This document shows positions 10,325-19,415 of a DNA stretch of 64,000 nt, piece by piece (positions within the stretch are counted from its first letter, which is position 1; each line of letters starts with the position of its first letter). Position numbers and translations under genes: made by a program. The DNA is from a bacterium (lineage in GTDB: Bacteria; SAR324; NAC60-12): assembly GCA_965209155.1 (NCBI GenBank), contig OZ242383.1, forward strand, positions 1,984,001 to 2,048,000. The letters are read 5' to 3'. The notes beneath the pieces were generated by a model. It saw nothing but the letters and a program-made list of their open reading frames with translations. It was not told the DNA's origin and did no database searches.

Positions 10325-11160
10325 TTAACCCGAGTGCGACATAAATCTTCAATAATAGGAGTATCCTGGCGTATATGTCATTCCGGGCGAAGACCCGGAA
10401 TCCAGATTTCTGTCTGGCTGCCTACCTCTGGATTCCGGGTCTGCGCCCGGAATGACACATTGCTGGATTCGTGATCTGTGCACGGAAGGACACGCTGAGG
10501 ATTCGTCGTTTTTGCTTGGAATGACACGCTGTATTGTTGATTTTCGCCTGGAATGACAGCCTTAAGCTATTCAGAAAAAGTGGTCCGATTTTTTAGGTCG
10601 AGTGAAGAAACTGAAGAAATAATAGCTGGCATTCCCTGATATGAGTCTCTTGGTACAATTCAGCGTGAGTGCGTATATCCCCTGGATTCCGGGTCTTCGC
10701 CCGGAATGACACATTGCTGGATTCGTGGTCTGTGCACGGAAGGACACGCTGAAGGATTCGTCGTTTTTGCTTGGAATGACACGCTGTATTGTTGATTTTC
10801 GCCTGGAATGACAGCCTTAAGCTATTCAGAAAAAGTGGTCCGATTTTTTAGGTCGAGTGAAGAAACTGAAGAAATAATAGCCAGTATTCTCTTTAATTTT
10901 TGTCATTCTTCGGGGTGAGTCCGTAGATCCTCTCCAAGTCATAACCGCACAAGCAGGAGTGCAGGTTATCGAAATGGCCCCTGGATTCCGGGTCTTTGCG
11001 CGGAATGACACGTTCCTGGCTTCTTATTTTTAGCTCGTAATGACACACTCTTGGATTGTTGATTTTCGCCAGGAATGACAGCCTTAAGCTATTCAGAAAA
11101 AGTGGTCCGATTTTTTAGATCGAGTGAAGAAACTGAAGAAATAATAGCTGGCATTCCCTA
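10325..11160. repeat. cluster of REP-like palindromes arranged in three ~180-210 bp composite repeats
   Basis: Related blocks at ~10428-10637, ~10682-10890 and ~10981-11160. The first two are near-identical; all end ...TTCAGAAAAAGTGGTCCGATTTTTTAG..GAAATAATAGC. Confidence 0.85.
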
Positions 11161-11185
11161 TAATTTTATTTTGACACGCTTTTTT

Positions 11186-11350
11186 AGAACCATTTCCTTC
11201 GGATGGAAGCAGGCGAAAGTGGAGCAGAACGCTCAGGCCATCGTCAAGGAGGCGGGTGAGTTCTACGACCGGCTGCGCGTGTATAGGGAACAAGCGAACC
11301 GCGTCAGCGTCGCCTTGAACAAAGCCGTTGACGCGCAAACCAACCGGTCG
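11186..11350 (+). pseudogene. RmuC internal fragment
   Basis: ISFGWKQAKVEQNAQAIVKEAGEFYDRLRVYREQANRVSVALNKAVDA resembles the RmuC C-terminal coiled region. Confidence 0.6.
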
Positions 11351-11547
11351 CCTGGAGAGCGTCTTAGCCTCACCTTTGTGCGGAATGACCCGTTTAACCC
11401 GAGTTTGACTTAAATCTTCAATAATAGGAGAATCCTGGTGTATATGTCATTCTCGCTAAACTGGTCCATGCGAAACTGGTTCCCGCTAAACTTGTCCCTG
11501 TGAACGCAGGGAGCGGGGAGCCGGATTTCTGTCTGGCTGCATACCTC

Positions 11548-11768
11548 TGGATTCCTGTTCAAGCGAGGAAAGACCTATTCGATTGACTGGATTCCTGTTC
11601 AAGCCAGGAAAGACCTATTCGATATACTGGATTCCTGTTCAAGCCAGGAAAGACCTATTCGATATACTGGATTCCTGTTCAAGCCAGGAAAGACCTATTC
11701 GATATACTGGATCCCTGCTCCTTGCTTTCGCAGGAAAGACAAGGATTCTCTCATTCGCAGGAATGACA
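11548..11768 (+). repeat. 40-bp tandem repeat (4 copies plus degenerate copies)
   Basis: CTGGATTCCTGTTCAAGCCAGGAAAGACCTATTCGATATA at 11548, 11587, 11627 and 11667. Confidence 0.9.
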
Positions 11769-11796
11769 TGGTTTCTCTTAAAATGAATTTCACGAT

Positions 11797-12354
11797 ATGA
11801 CCATTCCGATTTACACCATCGGGTACGGAAGCCGTTCCATTGAAGAGTTTGTCGAGGTGCTGCAGCGATTTGATATCGCGTACCTCGTCGATGTGCGTTC
11901 GGCCCCTTATTCACGCTATAAGCCGGAGTTTTCCAAGGCGGAGCTGGCGGCCGAACTACAGCGATTCGGCATCCGCTACCTTTTCATGGGCGATACGCTC
12001 GGTGGACAACCCGACGATGAAAATTGTTACGTGAACGGAGTCGTGGATTATCAGAGGGTCAAAGCAACGCAATTATACGCCGATGGAATTCGCCGCATCC
12101 GAAGCGCTTTTGCTCAGCAACAGCGCGTTGCCCTCATGTGCAGCGAGGAAAAACCGGAGGAGTGCCACCGGAGCAAGCTGATCGGCGTGACCTTGCAGGA
12201 GGGAGAGATACCGGTCGTTCACATCGACGAGAGGGGTGCGCCCCGGTCCCAAGTGGAAATCATCGATCGACTGACCGGAGGTCAACTCCCCCTCTTTGGT
12301 GAGCCTGTATTCCATTCTCGCAAGCGATACCTGCGGAGAGAAGATGAATCTTAA
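11797..12354 (+). CDS. DUF488 family protein
   Basis: IYTIGYG, LVDVRSAPYSR and LMCSEEKPEECHR motifs. Confidence 0.88.
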   Translation: MTIPIYTIGYGSRSIEEFVEVLQRFDIAYLVDVRSAPYSRYKPEFSKAELAAELQRFGIRYLFMGDTLGGQPDDENCYVNGVVDYQRVKATQLYADGIRRIRSAFAQQQRVALMCSEEKPEECHRSKLIGVTLQEGEIPVVHIDERGAPRSQVEIIDRLTGGQLPLFGEPVFHSRKRYLRREDES

Positions 12355-12832
12355 AGTGGTGACCATCGGCGTCTACGGCTTCGATGAAGCCGGTTTCTTC
12401 CGGGCATTACAGGATGCGAAGGTAGACACCTTCTGTGATATCCGGGAGCGGCGGGGAGTCCGCGGCGCAACCTACGCTTTCGTCAACAAGCGGCGATTGC
12501 AAGTCCGACTCGCCGATTTGGGCATCTCCTACCTCTATCGAAAAGACCTGGCTCCGTCGAAAGCGGTGAGAGCAAAACAGGTTGAAGCGGATAAAGCGAC
12601 GAAAACTGCCAAACGCCGGCGCACGGAGTTGGGGCCGGTTTTCATTGAAGGATACCGTTATGAATGCTTGAGGCACTTCCATCCACAGAGTTTACTCGAT
12701 GACTTGAAACCGGATGCGCGAGTGGTGGCGCTCTTTTGCGTCGAACAGGAACCTGCGGCTTGCCACCGGTCCCTGGTCGCAGATAAACTGGCAAGGGAAA
12801 TGTACTTCAATGTGGAGCATATTTTGCCATGA
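12344..12832 (+). CDS. DUF488 family protein (second paralogue)
   Basis: VVTIGVYG, FCDIRERR and LFCVEQEPAACHRSLVA motifs; overlaps the upstream stop. Confidence 0.85.
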   Translation: MNLKVVTIGVYGFDEAGFFRALQDAKVDTFCDIRERRGVRGATYAFVNKRRLQVRLADLGISYLYRKDLAPSKAVRAKQVEADKATKTAKRRRTELGPVFIEGYRYECLRHFHPQSLLDDLKPDARVVALFCVEQEPAACHRSLVADKLAREMYFNVEHILP

Positions 12833-15429
12833 AAGTACTGATTGTTGCCAGAACGCGCATGGGGAAAGGAGCATGTATTGGTGGCATAACCCGGGACGGG
12901 AAGAGCGTACGCTTGATTTCAGCCGGTATCGACGCCCACGATGGTGGGGGCCTGGAGTATGAAGTCGGCGACGTGTGGGAAATCGTGGCAACCCCTGCCC
13001 CGGACGTGATGGCGCCGCATGTCGAAAATGTCGTCGTTCATGGCAAGCGGCGACTTTCCACCCTCAACAACCCCATAGACGTCATTGAAAGATTCATGCC
13101 CCCCAAAATCGGTGGACCTGCAGAGCTTTACGAAGGTCTGACGCAATTCACTCCGAATGGCGGTTTGTACGTTGCCCAAAGTGGCCCCCTCCCTCCCTAC
13201 AGTACGACCTTCTGGCGCGCTGACCAACCCCTGTTGCTCGATATGAGCGGCAAACGCCTCCGTTACCGCTATTCGACCAGGGATGGAGGACGTACCCTCA
13301 CCTTCGTCGGATACCAGGAACCGCGGCGAACCATTCCGGAAGGTACGTTGTTGCGCGTTTCACTTGCCCATCCATGGCGACCCGAGGACGGGTCGATCAG
13401 CGAATACCGGTGCTATGTCCAACTTTCGGGATGGTTTCTTGAAAAGGACGAAAATCAAGGGCTTGGGCAATGCTCGGGTCCTGTCGACCCACCTGCGGAA
13501 ATTGACCTCCCATCGCAGGATCATGCCCCCCTGTCGGGCGACAGGCTTTCCTTGGGTGATTCCATCGAAGCTTTCCAGGTGCTCCAAACTGTCTTCGGCT
13601 ACGACGAATTTCGACCCTTACAGGAAGAAATCATCGAAAACGTCTTAGGGCGGCGGGACACCTTGATCATCATGCCCACCGGTGGTGGAAAGTCATTGTG
13701 CTATCAACTTCCCGCCTTGCTTTTCGAAGGGTTGACCGTTGTTGTCTCCCCCCTCATTTCACTGATGCAGGACCAGGTGACGCAGTTACGACAATTGGGT
13801 GTGCCCGCCGTTTTCCTCAACAGTGCTCTCACTCACGACGAGTACCTGTCAACCACCCGTCAGATCCGACGTGGCGCAGTCAAATTGTTCTACATGGCAC
13901 CGGAAACGCTGCTGCGGCCCGAAACGTTACTGCTGCTCCGCGAGTGCCAACTGGACTGCCTCGCTATTGACGAAGCGCACTGCATCTCCCAATGGGGACA
14001 CGATTTTCGACCGGAATATCGTCAATTGGCGCAGGTGCGCGAACGATTCCCCAAGGCTGTGTGTATTGCGCTCACTGCGACAGCAACTTCCCGCGTTCGC
14101 ACCGACATCAGGCAGGTATTGGGTTTTCGCAACGAGAATGAATTCCTCGCCAGTTTTGACCGGGAAAACCTTAGCATCGCTGTGGAACAGAAAGTTGACT
14201 TGGACCAGCAAATAATTGATTTTCTCAGCACTCACCGTGATCAATCCGGGATTATCTACTGTGCCACGCAACGCCAGGTGAACACGCTCTATGAAGAATT
14301 GGTCGCACAAAATATTTCCGCGTTGCCGTATCACGCTGGACTGGATACTGAAACCCGAAAACGGAACCAGACCGCTTTCATCCGCGACAACGTGCGGATT
14401 ATGGTGGCGACGATTGCCTTTGGTATGGGGATTGACAAACCCGACGTGCGCTTTGTGGTTCATGCGGATTTGCCCAAGAATATTGAATGCTACTACCAGG
14501 AGATTGGTCGCGCCGGACGAGATGGACTTCGCGCCGATTGCCTGCTCCTGTTCAGCTATGGCGACGTCCACACCATCCAGCACTTCATCCAGCAGGGGGC
14601 CCCCTCTGAACAGGCCGGCAGGAGGGAACTTCTGACCACGCTGGTGGATTGGGCCACTTCGACGGATTGTCGTCGTATCGGATTGTTGGGCTATTTCGGA
14701 GAAGATTACGAAGCAGACAATTGTCAGATGTGCGACAACTGCCTGATCAAAGCGGAAGCGCAGGTTGACCTGACCATCCCGGCACAGAAATTTCTCTCCT
14801 GCGTGGTGCGGACCGGCGAAATATTCGGGATAAATCATATCGTTGACGTGTTGCGTGGCTCTCGAGCAAGGAGGGTGTTGGAACTCCGACACGACAAGCT
14901 GTCTACCTACGGCATCGGTATGGAGTATTCTGCCGAACAATGGAAACTGCTGGCGGGACAGTTTATCCGGCAACTTCTCCTCAGGCGAGATATGGACCAC
15001 GGAAGCATTCAATTAACGCCGAAGGGGCGGGCTGTTTTCAAGGGAAAACAGGTGTGGGGGACCCCGGTGGAAACGCAAGTGAGTCGTCACTCGGCTTCAG
15101 ACGAAACAGGTGAATACGACATCGGACTCTTCGAGCAACTACGTGCCCAGCGCAAAGCACTGGCGGATGCAGAAGGCATCCCGCCGTATATGGTGTTTTC
15201 CGACCGCTCCTTGCACGAGATGGCGACTTATTTTCCACACTCGACGGAAGCCTTTGAATCAACTCACGGTGTCGGACCGGTAAAAGTTGAAAGATACGGC
15301 GGTAGCTTTTTAGCAATCATACATGCATACTGCCAACAGCACGGACAGACGGAGCAAGCGAAATTGACTTCTCGTCCGAGCAGCCCAACAACCGTTTCCT
15401 CAATAGATTCATTCGTGGAGCAAAAATAA
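12829..15429 (+). CDS. recQ: RecQ helicase with an extra ~200 aa N-terminal (dual-OB-like) domain
   Basis: MPTGGGKSLCYQ, DEAHCISQWGHDFRP, QEIGRAGRDG, zinc-binding CRR..C.MCDNC, RQC and HRDC domains; ATGA overlap with the upstream gene. Confidence 0.92.
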   Translation: MKVLIVARTRMGKGACIGGITRDGKSVRLISAGIDAHDGGGLEYEVGDVWEIVATPAPDVMAPHVENVVVHGKRRLSTLNNPIDVIERFMPPKIGGPAELYEGLTQFTPNGGLYVAQSGPLPPYSTTFWRADQPLLLDMSGKRLRYRYSTRDGGRTLTFVGYQEPRRTIPEGTLLRVSLAHPWRPEDGSISEYRCYVQLSGWFLEKDENQGLGQCSGPVDPPAEIDLPSQDHAPLSGDRLSLGDSIEAFQVLQTVFGYDEFRPLQEEIIENVLGRRDTLIIMPTGGGKSLCYQLPALLFEGLTVVVSPLISLMQDQVTQLRQLGVPAVFLNSALTHDEYLSTTRQIRRGAVKLFYMAPETLLRPETLLLLRECQLDCLAIDEAHCISQWGHDFRPEYRQLAQVRERFPKAVCIALTATATSRVRTDIRQVLGFRNENEFLASFDRENLSIAVEQKVDLDQQIIDFLSTHRDQSGIIYCATQRQVNTLYEELVAQNISALPYHAGLDTETRKRNQTAFIRDNVRIMVATIAFGMGIDKPDVRFVVHADLPKNIECYYQEIGRAGRDGLRADCLLLFSYGDVHTIQHFIQQGAPSEQAGRRELLTTLVDWATSTDCRRIGLLGYFGEDYEADNCQMCDNCLIKAEAQVDLTIPAQKFLSCVVRTGEIFGINHIVDVLRGSRARRVLELRHDKLSTYGIGMEYSAEQWKLLAGQFIRQLLLRRDMDHGSIQLTPKGRAVFKGKQVWGTPVETQVSRHSASDETGEYDIGLFEQLRAQRKALADAEGIPPYMVFSDRSLHEMATYFPHSTEAFESTHGVGPVKVERYGGSFLAIIHAYCQQHGQTEQAKLTSRPSSPTTVSSIDSFVEQK

Positions 15430-15450
15430 AAAACCTCCGTGCCTGATAAC

Positions 15451-15510
15451 TTTGTGCCTTTGTGCCTTTGTGCCTTCTTTAAGAAAGAGCTTCAGGAATA
15501 AAATCGATCT
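15451..15510 (+). repeat. (TTTGTGCC)3 plus a conserved tail shared with the four-helix-bundle element
   Basis: Matches the reverse complement of 30052-30140. Confidence 0.75.
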
Positions 15511-15533
15511 CCCGCCAATTCGTAGAACAAATG

Positions 15534-16901
15534 TCATGCGGAGGTGACACTGACCCCGTCGACGAGGATATAGGGAGCTCGACTGCCTCCCAGGTTGGTG
15601 TGGAGCGTGGAACCAATGGCGATGATTTGTTTGAGCAATTCGAATACGTTTCCGGATACCATGATTTCCTGCACGGCATGACTGCGTTGACCCTTTTCCA
15701 CCCACCAGGAGTTTTTGGCTACTCCTGAAAACTGGCCGGAAACGGGATCGCAACTGCCACTGAATCGTTTGAGGACGAGACCGCTCCCCAACTGCTGGTA
15801 GAGGGCATTTTCTGAAACCGTCTGGTTTTTGATACCGGAAAGGCTGAAGTTGGAAAATCCGATTTGCGGAAGAGCGGTTGCTCCACCCGATGCATTGCCG
15901 GTCGGAGACACGCCCGCTTGATGGGCGCTGAAACAATTATGCGCGGCAAATTGCAATTGTCCTTGCCGGATGATTTCGTGTTTTGCCGAAGCAACACCTT
16001 CCCGGTCAAAAGGACTCCATCCTTCCGGACGATTCTTATCCAGGGGATCTTCCGCCACTTGCAACGACCCGGAACAGACCTGGTTGCCCATTTGATCCTT
16101 CCAGGAACTGATGCCGTCATAATGGTTTTTGCCATTGGCATTGAAAGCGATAACCTGCCCCAAGATATGCATCACTGCCACCGGGTGAAGAAGGACTGCT
16201 CCGCGATAGTCCTTGGCCTGACGCGGACCCAGGGAGCCGACTACCGATTCGCGAAATCGTCCTATGGTATGAATGATTTCTTTCTCCAGACTGTTTTTAT
16301 TCCAAACCGTACCGCCATCATAGTCGAAACTGGTGACTTCATTTTCCGTTTTTCCCATGCCCATAGCAAACCAGGAGCAATGGGTCTCGATCGCCTGTTG
16401 GCAAAGGCCATGGGAATTGCTCAACACCACCACTTGCCGGGCGCATGAGAATTCCGCGCGATCGAGAGAGACCACTTTTTCCCGACGTGCTTCGTCCACT
16501 ACCAATTGCAACCATTGGTATAGCTCCTCCGGAGTGAGCCCAGGCAACTTTTCATCGTAGTTTTCGTAAGATCCCCCCTCTGTTTTCTTTTCTGCAATCC
16601 GGTGGTGCTCACTGGGAAGGGAAAGGTGAGCCAACTTTCGAGTCTCTTCAGCAACCTCTCGAAGGACGTGTTCCTCGTCCGAATTGGAAGTGATGAAACC
16701 CAATTTGCCGTTTATGATGGCACGGATGCCGTAGGTGGAGGTGTTGTTACTCTTACTGACGGAAAAATCATTTCCTTCATAAACCACGCTCAATTCCGTA
16801 CTTTGCCGGGCGCAGACTTCAGCGACCCCTCCCCGGAGTTCCTCTAAAATCATCCCACTGTTTTTCAACAGCTGCGCCGTTGTCTTTTTTTCTGTTTTCA
16901 T
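15534..16901 (-). CDS. pmbA: TldE/PmbA family protein
   Basis: PFDREGV, TGNASGG and SGQFSG motifs; ATGA overlap with tldD. Confidence 0.85.
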   Translation of the reverse strand: MKTEKKTTAQLLKNSGMILEELRGGVAEVCARQSTELSVVYEGNDFSVSKSNNTSTYGIRAIINGKLGFITSNSDEEHVLREVAEETRKLAHLSLPSEHHRIAEKKTEGGSYENYDEKLPGLTPEELYQWLQLVVDEARREKVVSLDRAEFSCARQVVVLSNSHGLCQQAIETHCSWFAMGMGKTENEVTSFDYDGGTVWNKNSLEKEIIHTIGRFRESVVGSLGPRQAKDYRGAVLLHPVAVMHILGQVIAFNANGKNHYDGISSWKDQMGNQVCSGSLQVAEDPLDKNRPEGWSPFDREGVASAKHEIIRQGQLQFAAHNCFSAHQAGVSPTGNASGGATALPQIGFSNFSLSGIKNQTVSENALYQQLGSGLVLKRFSGSCDPVSGQFSGVAKNSWWVEKGQRSHAVQEIMVSGNVFELLKQIIAIGSTLHTNLGGSRAPYILVDGVSVTSA

Positions 16902-18301
16902 TGTTGGCTCCCTCCGACAAGCAGTTGACAACGCAAATAGGGTCCCCCTGCATCGACTTTGGCTGGTTGACCTTTGCCACAATAACCTGCTCCGAGATCC
17001 CAGCGAAAATCCCGACTGACCGCATCTACGGATTGCAAAACATCGAAAGCCTTTCCGGAGACCGTCAGTTCCCGAACATACCCCGCAAGGCGACCGTTTT
17101 GAATGCGGCGTACCTTGGAAGCTCCAAACATGAATTCTCCCGTGGCGTCTGCTTGTCCGCCTCCCGGTCCGTCGATGTAATAGCCATCTTCAATGCCGGC
17201 GATCATATCATCCAAACGATCTCGACCGGGTTCGATGTAGGTATTGCGCATGCGAATCAATGGTTCGTCATTGAAAACCCAGGCCCTGGCATTTCCAGCC
17301 GGTTCCACACCGAATTCCGCTGCGGATTCCCGGTTGTGGAGATAATTGACGAGTTTGCCTTGCCGGATGATGGAGGTTTTCCGACACAACACGCCTTCGT
17401 CATCGACAGGGAGCTCTCCACCGGCTCCCGCGTTGTATTCGCTACGGCCGCTGTCACAAAGGGTGAGTAAGGGCGATGCCACCATCTGTCCCAATTTTCC
17501 GGCAGCCACCGAGCCCGATCTGACGAAGTCGGCTTCCACGGTGTGTCCGATGGCTTCGTGGCTGAGCAATCCCACCATGGCTGGTGCCAGGATTACCGTT
17601 TTCTTACCTCCTTCTCCTTCAGGCGCTTTGAGCATCTCCACCGCTTCTTCCGCCGCATCGCCAATCAATTGATCCATGGCTTTGTTTTGAAAGAGACAGT
17701 CCCAGTTTCCAGTCCCCCCTACGCTTTCTCTGCCCTTGGAATGAATGCGGCCATCCACCCCGAAAGCCACCAGACGTAACTCCGGTCGGGCGAGTTGAAT
17801 GTGACAGTCGGCGCCATCGGAAGTGAGGATGATCTTGTCTTCGAATACCTCCGAATAACGGCAAATAGCGGCCTCGATTTTTTTTGCTTCCCCACTCAAT
17901 TGCTGCTCCGCATTTCGGACGAACTCGAATTTCTCCTCGATGGGCATGGCCCATAATTCCTGGTATCCGGGAATTATGAAATCTCCTTGCGCCAACCGGG
18001 ATGTTCGCTCCAATTTGATTTTCTGATTTTTGCGGGAAGTCAAAGTCCGTGCAAGCTGTTCCGCATTTTCCATGGCATTCCGTAATCCCTCGAGGGAGAG
18101 GTCGGAAGTGGAAGCAAATCCCCAAGCCCCCTCTGCCAGCACGCGGATTCCCACTCCACCGAATTGTTTGGAACTCATTTCATCGACTTCCCCTTTACGT
18201 ACTCCCAATACGCGGCTGCGTCGATTGTGGTAGCGGAACTCCGTCCAACAGGATGCCAGGGATAAAACCTGTTCCAGCCGTTCTTTTATGTTACATTCCA
18301 T
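16898..18301 (-). CDS. tldD: TldD metalloprotease
   Basis: HEAIGHTVEAD, GNARA, RMRNTY and CGKGQ motifs. Confidence 0.92.
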   Translation of the reverse strand: MECNIKERLEQVLSLASCWTEFRYHNRRSRVLGVRKGEVDEMSSKQFGGVGIRVLAEGAWGFASTSDLSLEGLRNAMENAEQLARTLTSRKNQKIKLERTSRLAQGDFIIPGYQELWAMPIEEKFEFVRNAEQQLSGEAKKIEAAICRYSEVFEDKIILTSDGADCHIQLARPELRLVAFGVDGRIHSKGRESVGGTGNWDCLFQNKAMDQLIGDAAEEAVEMLKAPEGEGGKKTVILAPAMVGLLSHEAIGHTVEADFVRSGSVAAGKLGQMVASPLLTLCDSGRSEYNAGAGGELPVDDEGVLCRKTSIIRQGKLVNYLHNRESAAEFGVEPAGNARAWVFNDEPLIRMRNTYIEPGRDRLDDMIAGIEDGYYIDGPGGGQADATGEFMFGASKVRRIQNGRLAGYVRELTVSGKAFDVLQSVDAVSRDFRWDLGAGYCGKGQPAKVDAGGPYLRCQLLVGGSQQ

Positions 18302-18422
18302 TTTCCTCCTTATTAGATTAATTCGATTTTAAGATAAGAAAAATCCCCCCAACCTCCTCTTTTGTCAAGGGAAAATTCGACTGAATCATTTAACCAGCGC
18401 TTTGGGTTCCTTCTGTCATGCG

Positions 18423-19415
18423 CTAAGGGATGCGCCTCAAACGAGTGTGGGACAGGATGAACTCGAAAAGAAAGAGGAGGAGCGCTGGAATCAAGAATAC
18501 CGCATAATGCTCTTCATATTCATGATATTCCTTCACTTTCGCCTCTGTTTTTTCCAATGCGTCAATAGTTTGATAAATTTTTTGCAGAGATTCGGTATCG
18601 GTGGCACGGAAATAGAGCCCGTCCGTTGCGTCTGCAATTTGTTGTAGCAATTCTTCATCGAGAGAGAAATTGACGTAATGAACTCGACGGATGCCATCTC
18701 TTTCCACTACGATGGGTGCCTCTCCCTCCGTTCCTATGCCGATGGTATAAATTTTGATGCCAAACTCTTTGGCTGCTTCGGTTGCTTGTAAAGGAGCGAT
18801 CCTTCCTGCCGTGTTTTCTCCATCGGTGGCCAAAATCATTACTTTGGAAGGCGCTTTCAAATCTTTCAGTCGTTTGGCTCCTACAGCGATTGCGGACCCA
18901 ATGGCTGTTTTGTCGCCTGCCATGCCTATGAATACTCGATCCAGGAAGGAAGAGAGGAGCCGGTGGTCATGGGTCAAGGGAGATTGAGTGAAAGCTTCTT
19001 CGCCGAAAACCACCATGCCGACACGATCCTGGATACGGTTCTCGATAAACTCCCCCAATACTTTCTTCAAGACCCTCAGGCGGGTGACACGTTCTCCGTC
19101 AAGAGTCAAATCGAGCGCTTCCATGCTTTTTGAGGTATCAATGACAAGCATGATGTCCACTCCTTCACTCAAAACTTCCGTGAATGATCGACCTGTTTGA
19201 GGACGGGCCAGGGTGAGGATGAGGAAGATCAGCGCCAAGGTGCGCAGGAAAGGCAAAAAATTAGGATGGCTCCACCAGGGCGTACTAGCAATGGACTTCA
19301 GAATTTCCAACCCGGAATATTGAATGAACCGGGGTTGCCGGCGCTTGACCAATACCCACCACCAAAAGGGTAGGACCAGCAACAGGAGCAGCAACCAGGG
19401 ACTCTCAAACCTCAT
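18423..19415 (-). CDS. batA: BatA-like VWA domain protein
   Basis: N-terminal TM segment, LARPQ, MIDAS DTSKSM, TDGEN and IKIYTIGIG motifs. Confidence 0.88.
   Translation of the reverse strand: MRFESPWLLLLLLVLPFWWWVLVKRRQPRFIQYSGLEILKSIASTPWWSHPNFLPFLRTLALIFLILTLARPQTGRSFTEVLSEGVDIMLVIDTSKSMEALDLTLDGERVTRLRVLKKVLGEFIENRIQDRVGMVVFGEEAFTQSPLTHDHRLLSSFLDRVFIGMAGDKTAIGSAIAVGAKRLKDLKAPSKVMILATDGENTAGRIAPLQATEAAKEFGIKIYTIGIGTEGEAPIVVERDGIRRVHYVNFSLDEELLQQIADATDGLYFRATDTESLQKIYQTIDALEKTEAKVKEYHEYEEHYAVFLIPALLLFLFEFILSHTRLRRIP

Noticed and set aside
10325..11160. Possible CRISPR array or small ORFs (10826-11011 and the 5' part of 11075-11413)
   Set aside because: The repeats are long composite REP units, and the ORFs are read-through of repeat DNA
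11548..11720. Possible CRISPR array
   Set aside because: The 40-bp units are contiguous with no unique spacers, derive from the REP arm, and there are no cas genes in the window
13927..15012. 361-aa minus-strand ORF
   Set aside because: Antisense shadow of recQ
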